A model generated the notes under the pieces. That model worked only from the letters and a program-made list of their open reading frames with translations, was not told where the DNA came from and searched no databases. A stretch of 64,000 bases of DNA from Amphiscolops sp. MND2022 (taxonomy: Eukaryota), in assembly GCA_964187785.1 (NCBI GenBank), contig OZ076409.1, positions 74,588,001 to 74,652,000 on the forward strand, read 5' to 3'. The position numbers and the translations under genes are program-made. Of the stretch, positions 63,101 through 64,000 are shown one piece after another; the first letter of the stretch is position 1; each line of letters opens with the position of its first letter.

Positions 63101-64000
63101 ATTCGGATCACCCCCCACCGAGATAGAAGGGTTCCCCCCTCCAGTTTTACCCCCCAAATTTGCAAAATAGCCAAATTTGAGCATGAAGCCGAGGATTTAG
63201 CGTACCCGCACTCTCCTGATGTTTTGTTGTACGTATTGAGGTCAATCTGACGACATGTGTGGTTTTCACCCCCAACTCCCCCCTTGGACCGGAAATGACA
63301 CTTTTTTGTGTTTTTTGGCAGAATTTAGCCTTTTTCATTATTAGGCAGTCGTTTTAGGGACTCCTAGCAGGATATCGAAATTGAAATACAACCTGATCAC
63401 AACCCAGTGACAACATGTTGGCCACTTGGAGGTATCATCATGACCGGAAGTGGGGTCAACCCCCCCTTTTTGTGACCGCTTTTTGACCTTGTGCACCAAA
63501 ATGCCAACATCTTGAGGCCTAATGAGGCATTCAAATCTGTACAAAGATAAAATGTTAGACAACCGAAGTCCCGGAAGATCTTTAGCATATACCGGAAGTT
63601 ACCCCCCATGACCGGAAGTTACCCAATGTGACCGGAAATGGTCCAAAAATTAATGTAAAGTTGAATTTTTCACTATTTCAAGACCACTTAATTGAAACTT
63701 TTCAATCTCAAAACTAGCGTACTGGCTTGTTTTGCTGAATTTATGGAAATTGATGAGCTCTATCGCCCCCGATAGCCTTCGAAGTTGACCTTGCGTCAAC
63801 TTTGGAGGCTATCGATAAAGAAAAATGAACAACAAAGTACATTGTTGCTCTCGTTTTTCTCCCGTTGTTTTTCCTCAAACATTCTTGAGACATATACATG
63901 GCCGTTAGTTGATATCAATATTTAGCCCATGTTATAGCTGGAGCAGCGAAGCGTTACACAGACTAGTGTGGTTTTGAAATCACACTATTTGAATTAACGA

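Larger units (their letters stand above)
52544..64000 (+). repeat. Continuation of the array (units 33-40; unit 40 partial)
   Basis: Unit ends at 53833, 55136 (CTCG variant), 57508, 58779, 60168, 61440, 62731; same subterminal palindrome and motif skeleton. Confidence 0.9.

Noticed and set aside
1..64000. Tandem 5S rRNA, tRNA, snRNA, SL-RNA or histone gene cluster
   Set aside because: No recognisable RNA gene or histone ORF seen by eye. An Infernal/Rfam scan would be needed to exclude divergent RNAs.

Overview
Eukaryotic (probably invertebrate) DNA made up entirely of a head-to-tail array of 40 rolling-circle-transposon-like units. The first and last units are cut by the window edges, and all are on the + strand. 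38 of 39 junctions read CTAG|GTG and one reads CTCG|GTG. No spacer DNA or target-site duplication lies between units. 39 units are non-coding. Of the 37 complete ones, 29 are 1266-1313 bp, 5 are 1389-1409 bp and 3 are atypical. They fall into at least 8 sequence families that share a skeleton of short motifs, an internal hairpin and a subterminal GGGCATGCC-GA-GGCATGCCC palindrome. Their order is shuffled and many are mosaics of one another. One unit (40497-52543, about 12 kb) has the same ends but carries two genes. The first is a ~2330-codon Helitron-type Rep(HUH-Y2)/PIF1-helicase gene with a C-terminal GIY-YIG-like domain, interrupted by one in-frame TGA and one +1 frameshift. The second is an intron-containing gene of unknown function. 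Best reading (inference): a divergent Helitron-like system whose elements insert at their own end-to-end junction and build an integron-like cassette array. All coordinates and comparisons were read by eye; no alignment or database search was run, so novelty is unverified.
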